Origin: an uncultured bacterium
GTDB taxonomy: Bacteria; Auribacterota; Erginobacteria; Erginobacterales; Erginobacteraceae
Direction: 5' to 3'
Assembly: GCA_963822585.1 (NCBI GenBank)
Contig: CAWGIE010000035.1
Location: 160,001 to 224,000, forward strand
DNA length: 64,000 nucleotides
Below, piece by piece: positions 42,812 to 53,303 of this stretch (positions within the stretch are counted from its first letter, which is position 1; each line of letters begins with the position of its first letter). Made by a program: the position numbers and the translations under genes. The notes under the pieces are model-generated. The model was not told the origin of the DNA. It did no database searches and saw nothing but the letters and a program-made list of their open reading frames with translations.

Positions 42812-43380
42812 ACGTTGAACCCCGTTGGGGTTCATTTGATGTGGGGTATTCGGGTGTATTTCCCGGGGTTCCACCCCGGGAACCCAGGGATTCTCCCTGG
42901 GCTTAAATGTTGAACCCCGTTGGGGTTCTTTCCTTCCCAAGGTTGCGCCCCGGGAACCCAGGGATTCTCCCTGGGCTTAAATGTTGAACCCCGTTGGGGT
43001 TCTTTCCTTCCCAAGGTTGTGCCCCGGGAACCCAGGGATTCTCCCTGGGCTTAAATGTTGAACCCCGTTGGGGTTCTTTCCTTCCCAAGGTTGTGCCCCG
43101 GGAACCCAGGGATTCTCCCTGGGCTTAAATGTTGAACCCCGTTGGGGTTCTTCTTCTCCCAGGGTTTCACCCTGGGTTGAAACGTTGAACCCCGTTGGGG
43201 TTCCACCCCGGACCCCGAAGGGGTCCTACATTCCAGCCCCGGGTTCCACCCGGAGGTACTACCCGTCCCACCTCCAACCAAACATGGACCCCGAAGGGGT
43301 CCCACATTATAGCCCCGGGTTCCACCCGGGGATAATAGCCGTAACCTCGAACCCCCCACGCACCCTGTAAGGGTGCAACA
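42812..43380. repeat. REP array with ~59-bp tandem units
   Basis: Repeated CCCGGGAACCCAGGGATTCTCCCTGGGCTTAAATGTTGAACCCCGTTGGGGTTC. Confidence 0.9.
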
Positions 43381-43425
43381 TTTTTGCCTCGGTTTAGGCG
43401 TTAAAGTCCCCGAGGGGTCTGAACG

Positions 43426-43463
43426 AAAAAGAGCGGGCCGGGAAACCCCGGCCCGCTCTTTTT
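43426..43463 (-). terminator. Intrinsic terminator after the cyclase gene
   Basis: AAAAAGAGCGGGCCGGGAAACCCCGGCCCGCTCTTTTT. Confidence 0.85.
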
Positions 43464-43512
43464 CGAACCGGTAACTGATTGCCGTTTACCGGTTACCGAT
43501 TACCGTTTTCAA

Positions 43513-45177
43513 TTACTCCTTCCAGGCGACGAAGCGGGCCCAGCAGGAGGCGAGCTCCATGCCTTTCTGGATGAAACAGCCGATGAAGTAGCGTCCGCTC
43601 TTCATATCGGCGATCTCTTTCCCCAGGTTCTCGGCGTGGATGATCCCCTTGGGGAAGAGGTTCAGGTGCATGTCCTGATAGAACTTGTCCAGCGGGTACA
43701 TCTCGTCCCAGGACTTTCCGAAGGCCTCTTTCAGCTTCCGGTCGGCCTCGGCGAAGGTCTTGGGATGCCAGTTCCGCTGAATGGTGTTCATCGGGTGCTC
43801 CATGGCCACGCAGTCGATCCCCAGCCACTTGATATCCTTCTTGATGCACCAATCGGCGAAGTCCGGAGACGGACCCGGGTGGCGAATCATGTAGCGGAAC
43901 TCGTCTGAATCCGGACTGATCCAGCCGTATTTGTAGTACCCGGTCTTGATGATCAGGATGTCGCCCTTCTTGACATTGACCACCTTTTCGACCATGGCCG
44001 GGGTATAGACGCTGGTGTCGCTGACCATTTTGGAGATGTCGGCGACCGCGCCGGCTCCGATCCAGACGTCCATCGGGGTCTGGCCGATCGTCTTTCCGCC
44101 CATGTGGAAGTGCTTCTCGCCGTCCATGTGGCAGCTGAGGTGGAAGCTGGCCTTGCAGTGGGCGTTGTTCCGCCCGAGGCCGAAATACTGGCCCCCGACC
44201 CGCTTGGTGTACTGGACGATCAGCGGGATGTAGTTGGCCCACTGGGGCGTCTGGACGCTGAAGGGGATCGACATGTCGTACATCTTCTCCCGTTTCATCC
44301 GGGCGAAGAAGAGCTTGTCGCTCATCCCCTTGGGCGGCTGGATGGCCACCACTCTCGCCCAGGCCGACTCGACCTCGCAGAAGGGGATCGGGTGGACCAT
44401 GATCCAGGCCCGCTGGTTTTTCAGCTTTTTGATCTCGCCGCCCAGCGATTCCGCCAGGAGCAGCCCGGCCTTGGGCATCGTCTGGTGGGTCAGCTTGTAG
44501 TACTTGTCGGGCGGGAACATCTCGTCCCAGGTTTTCCCGTAGTCCTTCTTCAGCTTGGCTTCGGCTTTCTGGAATTCCCGTTCGTGCATGTAGCGGATGT
44601 TGGTGTTCATCGGGTGCTCGGCGCAGCCGCAGTCGACGCCGATCAGTTTGATCTTCTTCTTCATCGCCCACTCGAAGAAACCCGGCCCCGGACCCGGATG
44701 GCGGACCAGGTAGCCGAACTCCTTGTTCTCGATCCCGCCCTGGGCATTCCGGTTTTTGACGTCCGGCTGATCATAGCCGAACTTGTGATAGCCGGTGTTG
44801 ATGATCAGGATGTCGCCTTCCTTGATCTTCACCTTGCTCTCGATCATCTCCGGGGTGTAGAGGCTGTAGTCGGAGACCTCCTTGGAGATATCGACCACCA
44901 CGCCCTCGCCGCAGACGTCCTCCAGCGGGATGTCGTTGATCGACCGCATCCCGGAATGGAAGGCGGTGGGGCCGACCAGGTGGGTCCCGGTGTTGTTGGA
45001 CCACTCGATCAGCTGGCCGTTGGCGCCGGCGCCGCCGATAAACGATCCGGTCAGCCGCTTGAAGAACTGGATCTGCAGCGGCATCTCCCCCGGCCAGGGC
45101 GGCGTGAAGATGCTCAGCGCCTGGGTCAGGTCGAACCACTTGGCTTTTTTCAAAATTTCAATAATACCCTTGCTCAT
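43513..45177 (-). CDS. Cyclase/kynurenine-formamidase-family protein, two fused domains
   Basis: Two copies of GDILII.TGY, RHPGP and EHPMNT; GTH and CHMD metal motifs. Confidence 0.9.
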   Translation of the reverse strand: MSKGIIEILKKAKWFDLTQALSIFTPPWPGEMPLQIQFFKRLTGSFIGGAGANGQLIEWSNNTGTHLVGPTAFHSGMRSINDIPLEDVCGEGVVVDISKEVSDYSLYTPEMIESKVKIKEGDILIINTGYHKFGYDQPDVKNRNAQGGIENKEFGYLVRHPGPGPGFFEWAMKKKIKLIGVDCGCAEHPMNTNIRYMHEREFQKAEAKLKKDYGKTWDEMFPPDKYYKLTHQTMPKAGLLLAESLGGEIKKLKNQRAWIMVHPIPFCEVESAWARVVAIQPPKGMSDKLFFARMKREKMYDMSIPFSVQTPQWANYIPLIVQYTKRVGGQYFGLGRNNAHCKASFHLSCHMDGEKHFHMGGKTIGQTPMDVWIGAGAVADISKMVSDTSVYTPAMVEKVVNVKKGDILIIKTGYYKYGWISPDSDEFRYMIRHPGPSPDFADWCIKKDIKWLGIDCVAMEHPMNTIQRNWHPKTFAEADRKLKEAFGKSWDEMYPLDKFYQDMHLNLFPKGIIHAENLGKEIADMKSGRYFIGCFIQKGMELASCWARFVAWKE

Positions 45178-45504
45178 AACTACCTCCTTTTTTTACCACC
45201 AAGACACGATTTAATAACCACTAAGACACTAAGACACGAAGAAAAAAATGTTGAAAGATGAATATCAGAAAATCAGGATATCTGTGGGTAGAAAATCAGA
45301 AAATCAGGATATCATGTGGCCGGTGCCAGGGCCTGATATTCTGTTAGCCTGATAACCTTCCATCTGATTCCCGGATGACCTGATCTCCTTCCCTCTCCGA
45401 AACAGGTTATTTTATTCTTATTCCTTCTTAGTGTCTTTGTGTCTTAGTGGTTATAAGTCTCTTGTGTCTTAGTGGTTATCTTTTTAGTGTCTTGGTGGTT
45501 AGAT

Positions 45505-46758
45505 TTATTTAGCGTATTTTTTGGAAAAGGCCACCACGGCTTTCTTGAAAACATCCATGGGGGCGTCGCAGAGGCCGGCTCCCACCTGGCCGACGCCGGG
45601 GTCCTTGTGGGCGACGCCGGTGTCGATGAAGGGGGGCAGGTTCTTCTGGACCACCTTGATGATGTCGATCCCGGTGGGAGACCCCCGGAAGTCCAGCGAG
45701 GGGATCTGGTAGATGTTGTTCTCCCCCAGGGTGATCTCGTACATGTCCATGGTCTTGGAGACCGCCAGGTCATAGGTGCCGCCGACGAACTGGACGATCG
45801 CCGGCGAGGCGGCCAAAGCGCACCCCCCGATCCCGTAAGTCTCCATGATGGCGGAGTCGCCGATATCGCGCCCTACGTCATCCTTGGTGAAGCCGGGGAA
45901 GAGGAGCACTTCCGGTATCGGCGATTGGCAGGTGAACCACTGCGTGCCCAGGCCGCTGATCTGGATCCCCCAGTCGGTGCCGTTGCGGGCCATCACCGTG
46001 ACCATCGAGCTGCCCTCGATGTTCTCGGCCGCCATCAGGCTGACCTTGGCGCTGGTCATGGCGAAGCCGAGGAAGGTGTGGATGTTGGCCTCCATGAATT
46101 TCAGGGCCTCGATGGTCTCCGGGAGTTTCTTCTGATCCAGGGTCTCCAGGATATAGGGGGCGGTTTTGGTAAAGAGGATGTAGGATGCCGCCCGGCTCCG
46201 GTTATGGAGTTCATCGCCCATCTGGATGGCCTGGGCCATGATATTCTTGAGGTCGATCTTGCCGGCCTTGCGGATCGCCTTCTGGTAAACCGGTCCCAGC
46301 ACCTTTTCCATCCACTTCAGCCGTTCGATGACCTCGTCATCGTAGGCCCCCATTCGGAGCACCTTGCCGATGCCCTCGTTGAGGCTTTGATACGCCCGTT
46401 TGCCGGTGACCTCGTCCTCGGTCACGATCATCGGCATCGAGGCGCAGACGATCCCGGCCATCGGCCCGACGGTATCGTGATGATGACAGGGGTCGTACTC
46501 GATCTCTCCGGAGGCGGCCAGTTTCTCCGCTTCCTCGGGATTTTTGGCCATCCCTTCGTAGATCAGGGCTCCGATGACGGCTCCCCGCTGGGGGCCGCAC
46601 ATCCGGTCCCAGGTCACCGGGGGGCCGGCATGAAGGATGAGGTTCTTCTTCATCCCGGGGACGCAGTCGATCGCCGGCTGGATGTCGACCCAGAAGGGTC
46701 GCGCTTCCAACAGCTTCTTCAGCGCCTGTTCATTGGCTTTAGCGATATCTACCATCAT
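45505..46758 (-). CDS. allG: DUF1116/YlbE (oxamate carbamoyltransferase subunit AllG-like)
   Basis: LHAGPP, PCHHHDTVGPMAG, MGDELHNR, MARNG, DIGDSAI, GVGQVGAG. Confidence 0.85.
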   Translation of the reverse strand: MMVDIAKANEQALKKLLEARPFWVDIQPAIDCVPGMKKNLILHAGPPVTWDRMCGPQRGAVIGALIYEGMAKNPEEAEKLAASGEIEYDPCHHHDTVGPMAGIVCASMPMIVTEDEVTGKRAYQSLNEGIGKVLRMGAYDDEVIERLKWMEKVLGPVYQKAIRKAGKIDLKNIMAQAIQMGDELHNRSRAASYILFTKTAPYILETLDQKKLPETIEALKFMEANIHTFLGFAMTSAKVSLMAAENIEGSSMVTVMARNGTDWGIQISGLGTQWFTCQSPIPEVLLFPGFTKDDVGRDIGDSAIMETYGIGGCALAASPAIVQFVGGTYDLAVSKTMDMYEITLGENNIYQIPSLDFRGSPTGIDIIKVVQKNLPPFIDTGVAHKDPGVGQVGAGLCDAPMDVFKKAVVAFSKKYAK

Positions 46759-47012
46759 ACACCTCCTTATAAATTAACACGCTTAGCTCGTAAGTTTTGC
46801 CACCAAGACACCAAGAAAGTATATCGGGAAATCAGGTTATCAGTGGGCAGAAAACCAGGAAATCAGGAGATCAGGTGACCGGTACCAAGGGCCTGATATC
46901 CCGTTAACCTGATAACCTCCTAACTGATTCCCGGATAATCTGAACTCCTTTCTTGGTGACTTTGTCCCTTGGTGGCAAATAATTATTTAGGGAAATTATT
47001 GCTGCGGGAATT

Positions 47013-47041
47013 AAGATACAAATTAATTTTCTGATTGTCAA
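47013..47041 (-). promoter_or_regulatory. sigma70-like promoter for DUF1116-cyclase
   Basis: TTGACA-17 nt-TATCTT on the minus strand. Confidence 0.55.
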
Positions 47042-47393
47042 CGGGAATGCGATTTTTCCCGCGAAAAATTATTCGGCACCGGCGCGTTCGGTTGACTTCC
47101 CGGATGGTTTTTATTAAGGTAATCGGAGGCTTTTTTAAATTGAAGATTTTCATAAAGGTCGTAGCGGTAGCCTTTAGGCTGCCATCGGGGCGAGCCTCCA
47201 GCTCACACTAATAAAAGGTGACGGTAAGGGTTACGATGCCCGTATCGGTGAGGGTTAGGGCAACGGCTGCCTCGCCTGGCGCACGTAACCGTAACCGGCA
47301 GACGAAACGGGCCTCGTTACCGTTGCCCGAATCCCAGGTGCGCCGGAGGCGCTCATTTAATATGAAGTAAAATTATCAAGGGAGGGAGCCGAC

Positions 47394-49277
47394 ATGACCG
47401 AACAAAAAGAATATGCCCCCGACATTAACCGGAGTTCCAATCAGGGAGCACCCGCCACCGAGCGGGAGCTGCACGGAATGTACGAGCTGACCGTCGATGT
47501 CTCCGCGTCACCCCTGGCCAACGAAGATATACTCCCGGTCCCGGTCAGGGAGCGGACCTGGAACACCTGGAACATCGCCTCGCTCTGGGTGGGGATCAGC
47601 GTCTGCATCCCCACCTACATGCTGGCGGCCAGCCTGATGAAGACGGGGCTGAACTGGGTCCAGGCCCTCTGGGCGATCCTGCTCGGGAACGCCATCGTTC
47701 TCGTCCCCATGTGCCTGAACGCCATCCCCGGCACCAAGTACGGGATACCCTTTCCGGTTCTGATCCGGTCTTCATTCGGGACCCGGGGCGCCCAGATCCC
47801 TTCCATTCTTCGCGGGCTGGTAGCCTGCGGGTGGTTCGGGATCCAGGTCTGGATCGGCGGTTTTGCCATCTATACGCTCGCGTTGATCTTCCTCCCCAAT
47901 CTCAACAACCTCTGGCCCGGTCTGCAAGCGACCTTTGTCGGGATTAACGGCGGACAGCTCCTCTGCTTTCTCTTCTTCTGGGCGCTGCACATGATCATCG
48001 TTTTGCGGGGCGTGGAATCGATCAAGTGGTTCGAGTCCCTCTCCGCCCCGGCCCTGATCCTGGTCGGGGTCGCGCTCTTCGTCTGGGCGATTCATACGGG
48101 CGGGGGTCTGGCCGCGGTGTTGAAGAATTCGAAACTCTTTCTCCAGCCGACCATGACCCTGACCAAGGGAGATACTTCCGTGAAAGTCATCCTGGATCCG
48201 TTGCGGGAAAAAGACGGTGCATACCGGGTCGAAAGGATGAAAGTCGTCGTTCTCCCGGGGAAGGCGAACCAATCCGCCGTCGCCCAGGCCCTGGCCGATA
48301 AGGAGTGGGAACCGTTCCGGCCCGAATTCAGCGTCGACTGGAGGGAGGATGCCTCGGAGGTCACCGTCGGGGCGCAACTGGGAAGCGTCAAAGATCCGGA
48401 CGCCGCCGCCATCGTGCTGGCGTCGGCCCACCGGGAGGAGAGAGGCCCCGCGGGGCCCTGGCTCTTTATCGCGTTCTTCCCCGCGCTTACCGCCATGGTC
48501 GGTTACTGGGCCACCCTCTCGCTGAACATCCCCGACTTTACCCGGTACGCCAAATCCCAGAAGGACCAGATAATCGGCCAGGCGATCGGTCTCCCCACCA
48601 CGATGACCCTGTACGCTTTCGTGGGCGTGGTCGCGACCTGCGCCGCCCTGATCGCTTTTCCCAACATCCTGACTCAGGAGGACGCCCCCTGGGACCCGGT
48701 GGCACTGCTTGCCCACTTCAAGATTCCCTGGATGGTCGTGCTCTCGATGGGGGTCCTCGCCATTGCCACCCTGACTACCAACATCGCGGCCAACGTGGTG
48801 GCCCCGGCCAACGGTTTTTCCAATATCGCCCCCCACAAGATATCCTTCCGGATGGGAGGATTGATCACCGGCGTGATCGGGATCGTGATGATGCCCTGGA
48901 AACTGCTGGCGACGGCCGGGAAATTTATCTTTACCTGGCTGATCGGTTACTCGGCGCTGATGGGCGGCGTGGCCGGGGTGATGATCGCCGACTTCTACGT
49001 CGTCCGGCGGCGCCGGCTTGACCTGGCCGGCCTCTACGCCGAAGACGGACCCTACACGTTTTCCGGCGGCTTCAACTGGGTTGGGATCATCTCCTTCATT
49101 CTGGGGGTGCTCCCCAATATCCCGGGTTTTATGGCCGAGATCGCTCCGCAGACGTTCGCGGCCATTGTCCCCCAGTTTTTCAAGACCTTCTATCTCTATG
49201 CCTGGTTCAGCGGCTTCTTCATCTCCTTTGCCGTCTACGCGATCTGGATGAGTGCGAAACTCAGACATAAAAAATAA
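47394..49277 (+). CDS. NCS1 nucleobase:cation symporter (allantoin/uracil permease-like)
   Basis: KYGIPFPV..RSSFG, ACGWFGIQ, WATLSLNIPDFTRY, NIAANVV. Confidence 0.95.
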   Translation: MTEQKEYAPDINRSSNQGAPATERELHGMYELTVDVSASPLANEDILPVPVRERTWNTWNIASLWVGISVCIPTYMLAASLMKTGLNWVQALWAILLGNAIVLVPMCLNAIPGTKYGIPFPVLIRSSFGTRGAQIPSILRGLVACGWFGIQVWIGGFAIYTLALIFLPNLNNLWPGLQATFVGINGGQLLCFLFFWALHMIIVLRGVESIKWFESLSAPALILVGVALFVWAIHTGGGLAAVLKNSKLFLQPTMTLTKGDTSVKVILDPLREKDGAYRVERMKVVVLPGKANQSAVAQALADKEWEPFRPEFSVDWREDASEVTVGAQLGSVKDPDAAAIVLASAHREERGPAGPWLFIAFFPALTAMVGYWATLSLNIPDFTRYAKSQKDQIIGQAIGLPTTMTLYAFVGVVATCAALIAFPNILTQEDAPWDPVALLAHFKIPWMVVLSMGVLAIATLTTNIAANVVAPANGFSNIAPHKISFRMGGLITGVIGIVMMPWKLLATAGKFIFTWLIGYSALMGGVAGVMIADFYVVRRRRLDLAGLYAEDGPYTFSGGFNWVGIISFILGVLPNIPGFMAEIAPQTFAAIVPQFFKTFYLYAWFSGFFISFAVYAIWMSAKLRHKK

Positions 49278-49710
49278 CCACGAAGATAAAAACTTAATAA
49301 CCACTAAGACACAAAGACACGAAGAAACACTAAGACAAAAACTCAATAACCACCAAGACACAAAGACACCAAGAAACAAAGCCAAAAACCCAAAACCACC
49401 AAGACACAAAGACACCAAGAAACACTAAGACAAAAACACCAACCACCAAGACACAAAGACACCAAGAAACACCAAGATAAAAACTCAAAACCACCAAGAC
49501 ACAAAGACACCAAGAAACACTAAGACAAAAACTTAATAACCACCAAGACACAAAGACACGAAGAAACACCAAGATAAAAACTCAAAACACCAAGACACAA
49601 AGACACCAAGAAACACTAAGATAAAAACTTAAAACCACCAAGACACAAAGACACCAAGAAACACTAAGATAAAAACTCAATAACCACCAAGACACAAAGA
49701 CACCAAGAAA
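49276..49710 (+). repeat. Tandem array of about nine ~48-bp units (AACCACCAAGACACAAAGACACCAAGAAAC...)
   Basis: Direct count; no unique spacers. Confidence 0.9.
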
Positions 49711-49725
49711 ATAGGGGATATTAAA

Positions 49726-50117
49726 ATGAGTTTTTCGGCTTTATCCGAAGAAGAAGAGCGCATTGCCAGGGAGATTGTTGATGCCGCCTATGCGGTGCAC
49801 AAGGCTTTGGGCCCTGGTTTGTTGGAGAAAGTTTACGAGGTTTGCTTCTGTCACGAACTTGCTAACGGGGACTTCGTTATGAGCGCCAAGCCACGGTCCC
49901 CATTCAGTATGATAACCTTGTCTTTGATGAAGGATTGCGATTGGATGTTCTGGTGGAGGATCTGGTTATCTGCGAATTAAAGTCGGTGGAAAAAATATTT
50001 CCCGTTTGGAAAGCGCAATTGCTGAGTCATTTCAAGCTGATGAAGAAACGATTGGGCTTTCTCATTAATTTCAATGTCCCCGTGATTAAAGACGGCATTG
50101 TCCGAATTATCCTATAG
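49726..50117 (+). CDS. GxxExxY protein (PD-(D/E)XK-like; frameshifted)
   Basis: VHKALGPGLLEKVYE; RLDVLVE..ELKSVE..QLLSH..GFLINFNV. Confidence 0.9.
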
Positions 50118-50223
50118 TTTTTCTTCGTGTCTTCGTGTCTTGGTGGTTATTTGTTTTTTTTAGTGTCTTGGTGGTTATTATTACTGGTGTCTTGGTGCAA
50201 AAAAAGAAGAAGTAATCGTCAGT

Positions 50224-51007
50224 ATGGGGGATGGGGTGTTTCCGGGGGAGTACTGGGTTCACTCCCGGTTTAAGAGAGTCGTCAATTTTGTCCACGGGGA
50301 GCGGCTGGTTTCGGTGGTGACCGAGGAGGTGGGAAGGGGACCGGTCAACATTGTCCTCCGGGGGATCGATCTTCAGCGGCTCAACGACCTGCGCATTGAC
50401 GACCGCGCGATTTATCTCGACGAGCAGGCATTTTCCCGGGAGAGGGCGGACATCTTCAGTTCCCGACTGGAAGTGGACGATCTTACCCCTGCTCGACTGA
50501 CTCAAAATCTGGAGGTCTTGCAAAAGGATCTGGGAGTCTTCTCCCCCAAAAGCGGCCTTCTCATCGATCCGGCGCGTAAAAGGTATTTTACCACGAAGTC
50601 TGAGCGCGAGTTTGTGAGGAGAATCGAGGAAGCAGTCACCGCCATCACCCACAAAGATCCCCCGGGATTGCTGTCCGGGATCAGGAAACTGAAGGGACTC
50701 GGTTGGCCTGACACCAAGCGGGGACGATTACATTGCCGGGCTCCTGGCCGCCTTCAATCTCCTGGAATCTCTGGACGGGATCAACCGTTCAGGATTGAGA
50801 AGAGAGATCGCCGCTGCCGCCCGGTCGGGCAACCTGCTCTCGAACTCGTTTATCACACTGGCCGCGGACGGGTTCCTCTTCGCCGGGTTCAAGGAATTGG
50901 TAGGAGCATTGCTTCAGGAGGATGCCGATGACATTCGACGCGCGACGGAGAAACTCGTCGCGCTGGGGGAAAGTCGGGGAGTGACATGGGCGTTGGTTTT
51001 TTATTAA
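50224..51007 (+). CDS. allH: DUF2877/YlbF (AllH-like; frameshifted)
   Basis: VHSRFKRVVN, GRGPVNI, GLG.GLTPSGDDYIAG across the frameshift; upstream of fdrA. Confidence 0.75.
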
Positions 51008-51316
51008 CCATGAAAAACCTTCTTTGCTATACTGGGGCCTGACAGAAAAGCAGGGATAAGGGGCATGAAAAGCGGAACATCGAACGTCGAACGTCGAACG
51101 CCGAACGTCCAACGCTCAACGTTCAATGCCCCGGCAATATAACACCATATATTTATCTTCGTGTCTTAGTGTCTTGGTGGTAATCAAAGGGGCCGAGGGA
51201 GGGGAACATTAGTTTTCTTGGTGTTTCTTCGTGTCTTAGTGTCTTGGTGGTTATTAAAGGGGGCGAGGGAGGGGATAGTGTCTTGGTGGTGAAAATTATT
51301 TAAAAAGGGGGTTTCT

Positions 51317-52891
51317 ATGGCTGTCAAAGGCATCAAAAAAACCGGTGAGTATTTCGACTCGGTGACCCTGATGCTGGTCGCCCGCACCCTGACCGAGATG
51401 GAAGGGGTCGAGGATGCCACCGTGGTCATGGGCACGGAAGAGAACAAGCAGATCCTGGAAGCGTCGGGGATGCTCCTCGACGAATTCAAGGACGCCAACG
51501 ACACCGACCTGCTGATCGTCGGCAAAGCCGCCGACGAGGCGAAGGTGGACGAGGTCATGACCCGGGCGGAGGAGCTGCTGGTGGAGAGCAAGCAGAAGAA
51601 GGCCTCCTCGGGCAAGCACCTGCCCAAGAGCATCGAGGGCGCCCTCGACCAGGTCCCCGACGCCAACATGGTCATTATCTCGGTGGCGGGACGTTACGCC
51701 GCTGACGTGGCGATGGAGGCGCTGGAAAAAGGGCTGCACGTGATGCTCTTCTCGGACAACGTCTCGATCGAAAAGGAAAAAGAGCTGAAGGAATACGGGC
51801 GCAAGAAAGGCCTCCTCGTCATGGGGCCGGATTGCGGCACCGCCATCATCAACGGCGCTCCCCTCTGCTTCGCCAACGTGGTCAAGCGCGGCAACATCGG
51901 GATCGTGGCCGCCTCGGGCACGGGGCTGCAGGAGGTGAGCTGCATTATCGGCAATAACGGCGCCGGCATCTCCCAGGCGATCGGGACCGGCGGCCGCGAC
52001 GTCAAGAAGGACATCGGGGGGATCATGTTTCTGGAGGGGATCAAGGCCCTGGAGGCGGACGAGGCGACCGAGGTCCTGGTGCTGGTCTCCAAGCCGCCCG
52101 CTCCCGAGGTGTTGGAGAAGGTGGCGAAGGCGATCAAGAACATCAAGAAGCCCGTGGTGGCGATCCTGATCGGCGGCGATCCCCGGGTGATGGACGCGGC
52201 GGGGGCGAAGGCCGCCCGGGACCTGGAACGGGCGGGCCTGATCGCGGTCGCCCTTTCAAAAGGGGAGTCTCCCGAGGGCATCCCGGCCCGGCTGGCGGTC
52301 CGGAGCGAGGAGATCAAGAAACAGGCCGCCGAAATCGCCGCCGGGATGAAGGCGGGGCAGAAGTACCTGCGGGGCCTCTTCAGCGGGGGGACCCTCTGCG
52401 ACGAGACCCAGTTGATGTTCAAGGACGCGATCGGCCCGGTCTACAGCCCGTCGCCGATCGATCCCGCCTTCAAACTGGACGATATCTGGAAAAGCCGGGA
52501 GAACACGGTCGTCGACCTGGGCGAGGACGAGTTCACGGTCGGCCGCCCCCACCCGATGATCGATTTCCTGCTCAGGAAGAAGCGGATCGTGGAGGAGGCG
52601 AAAGACCCCGAGACCGCCGTCATTTTGCTGGACGTGGTTCTCGGGTACGGATCGAACATGGTCCCCGGCGAGGAACTCGCCCCCGCCATCAAGGAAGCGA
52701 AAAAGATCGCGGAACAGGCGGGACGGCAGCTGGCGGTTGTCTGCTCGATTACCGGGACCTATCAGGACCCGCAGGACCGCAAAAAGGTAGAGAAAGAACT
52801 GAAGGAAGCGGGGGTCATCGTGATGCCCACCAACGCGGCGGCCAGCGAGCTGACGGTTGCGGTTATAAAGATTCTGGGAGGAAAACAATGA
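51317..52891 (+). CDS. fdrA: FdrA (acyl-CoA-synthetase-like; AllF)
   Basis: YFDSVTLM, MLFSDNV, MGPDCGTA, ASGTGLQE, GTGGRD, GRPHPMID. Confidence 0.95.
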   Translation: MAVKGIKKTGEYFDSVTLMLVARTLTEMEGVEDATVVMGTEENKQILEASGMLLDEFKDANDTDLLIVGKAADEAKVDEVMTRAEELLVESKQKKASSGKHLPKSIEGALDQVPDANMVIISVAGRYAADVAMEALEKGLHVMLFSDNVSIEKEKELKEYGRKKGLLVMGPDCGTAIINGAPLCFANVVKRGNIGIVAASGTGLQEVSCIIGNNGAGISQAIGTGGRDVKKDIGGIMFLEGIKALEADEATEVLVLVSKPPAPEVLEKVAKAIKNIKKPVVAILIGGDPRVMDAAGAKAARDLERAGLIAVALSKGESPEGIPARLAVRSEEIKKQAAEIAAGMKAGQKYLRGLFSGGTLCDETQLMFKDAIGPVYSPSPIDPAFKLDDIWKSRENTVVDLGEDEFTVGRPHPMIDFLLRKKRIVEEAKDPETAVILLDVVLGYGSNMVPGEELAPAIKEAKKIAEQAGRQLAVVCSITGTYQDPQDRKKVEKELKEAGVIVMPTNAAASELTVAVIKILGGKQ

Positions 52892-53058
52892 TCTTGAACG
52901 GTCTCTTCGAACAGGAATTTAAAGCGATCAATATCGGCCTGGTTTCTTTCAAAGAAGCCCTGGACGACGCCGAATACAAGTGTATCCAGGTCGACTGGTC
53001 TCCCCCGGCGGGCGGAGACGAGGACGTCCTGGCCGCGCTCAAGGCGCTGGGGATCTGA
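52888..53058 (+). CDS. Small FdrA-associated protein (56 aa)
   Basis: MILNGLFEQEFKAINIGLVSF..VDWSPPAGGD; ATGA overlap with the fdrA stop; below the ORF-track cutoff. Confidence 0.8.
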   Translation: MILNGLFEQEFKAINIGLVSFKEALDDAEYKCIQVDWSPPAGGDEDVLAALKALGI

Positions 53059-53303
53059 ACGCGGCATAGGGAACGAACCGCCAAGCGGCGATTGGACGAA
53101 CGCGAGCTCCTTGCCCGGTTTCTCCGGGCGGGAGCTCGTTTCCTTTCCGGAGAAGGGAGAGCCGGTTCGGGCGGCAGGGACATCGATTTTTAAGTTTCTC
53201 TTCCATTTTGTGTCAGAGAATCATTAATAATTGTTGTTTTATTCCTTGGTCGATTCTTGCAAAATTGATTACCTTATTCCCCGTAAAAAAATGGAAGAAA
53301 ACC

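Noticed and set aside
49276..49710. CRISPR array (also considered for 56737-57252, 58281-58835 and 42812-43150)
   Set aside because: Units repeat end to end without unique spacers, and there are no cas genes
46960..53100. Recent inversion separating fdrA from DUF1116
   Set aside because: Gene logic allows it, but no matching inverted breakpoints were seen and divergent promoters are present
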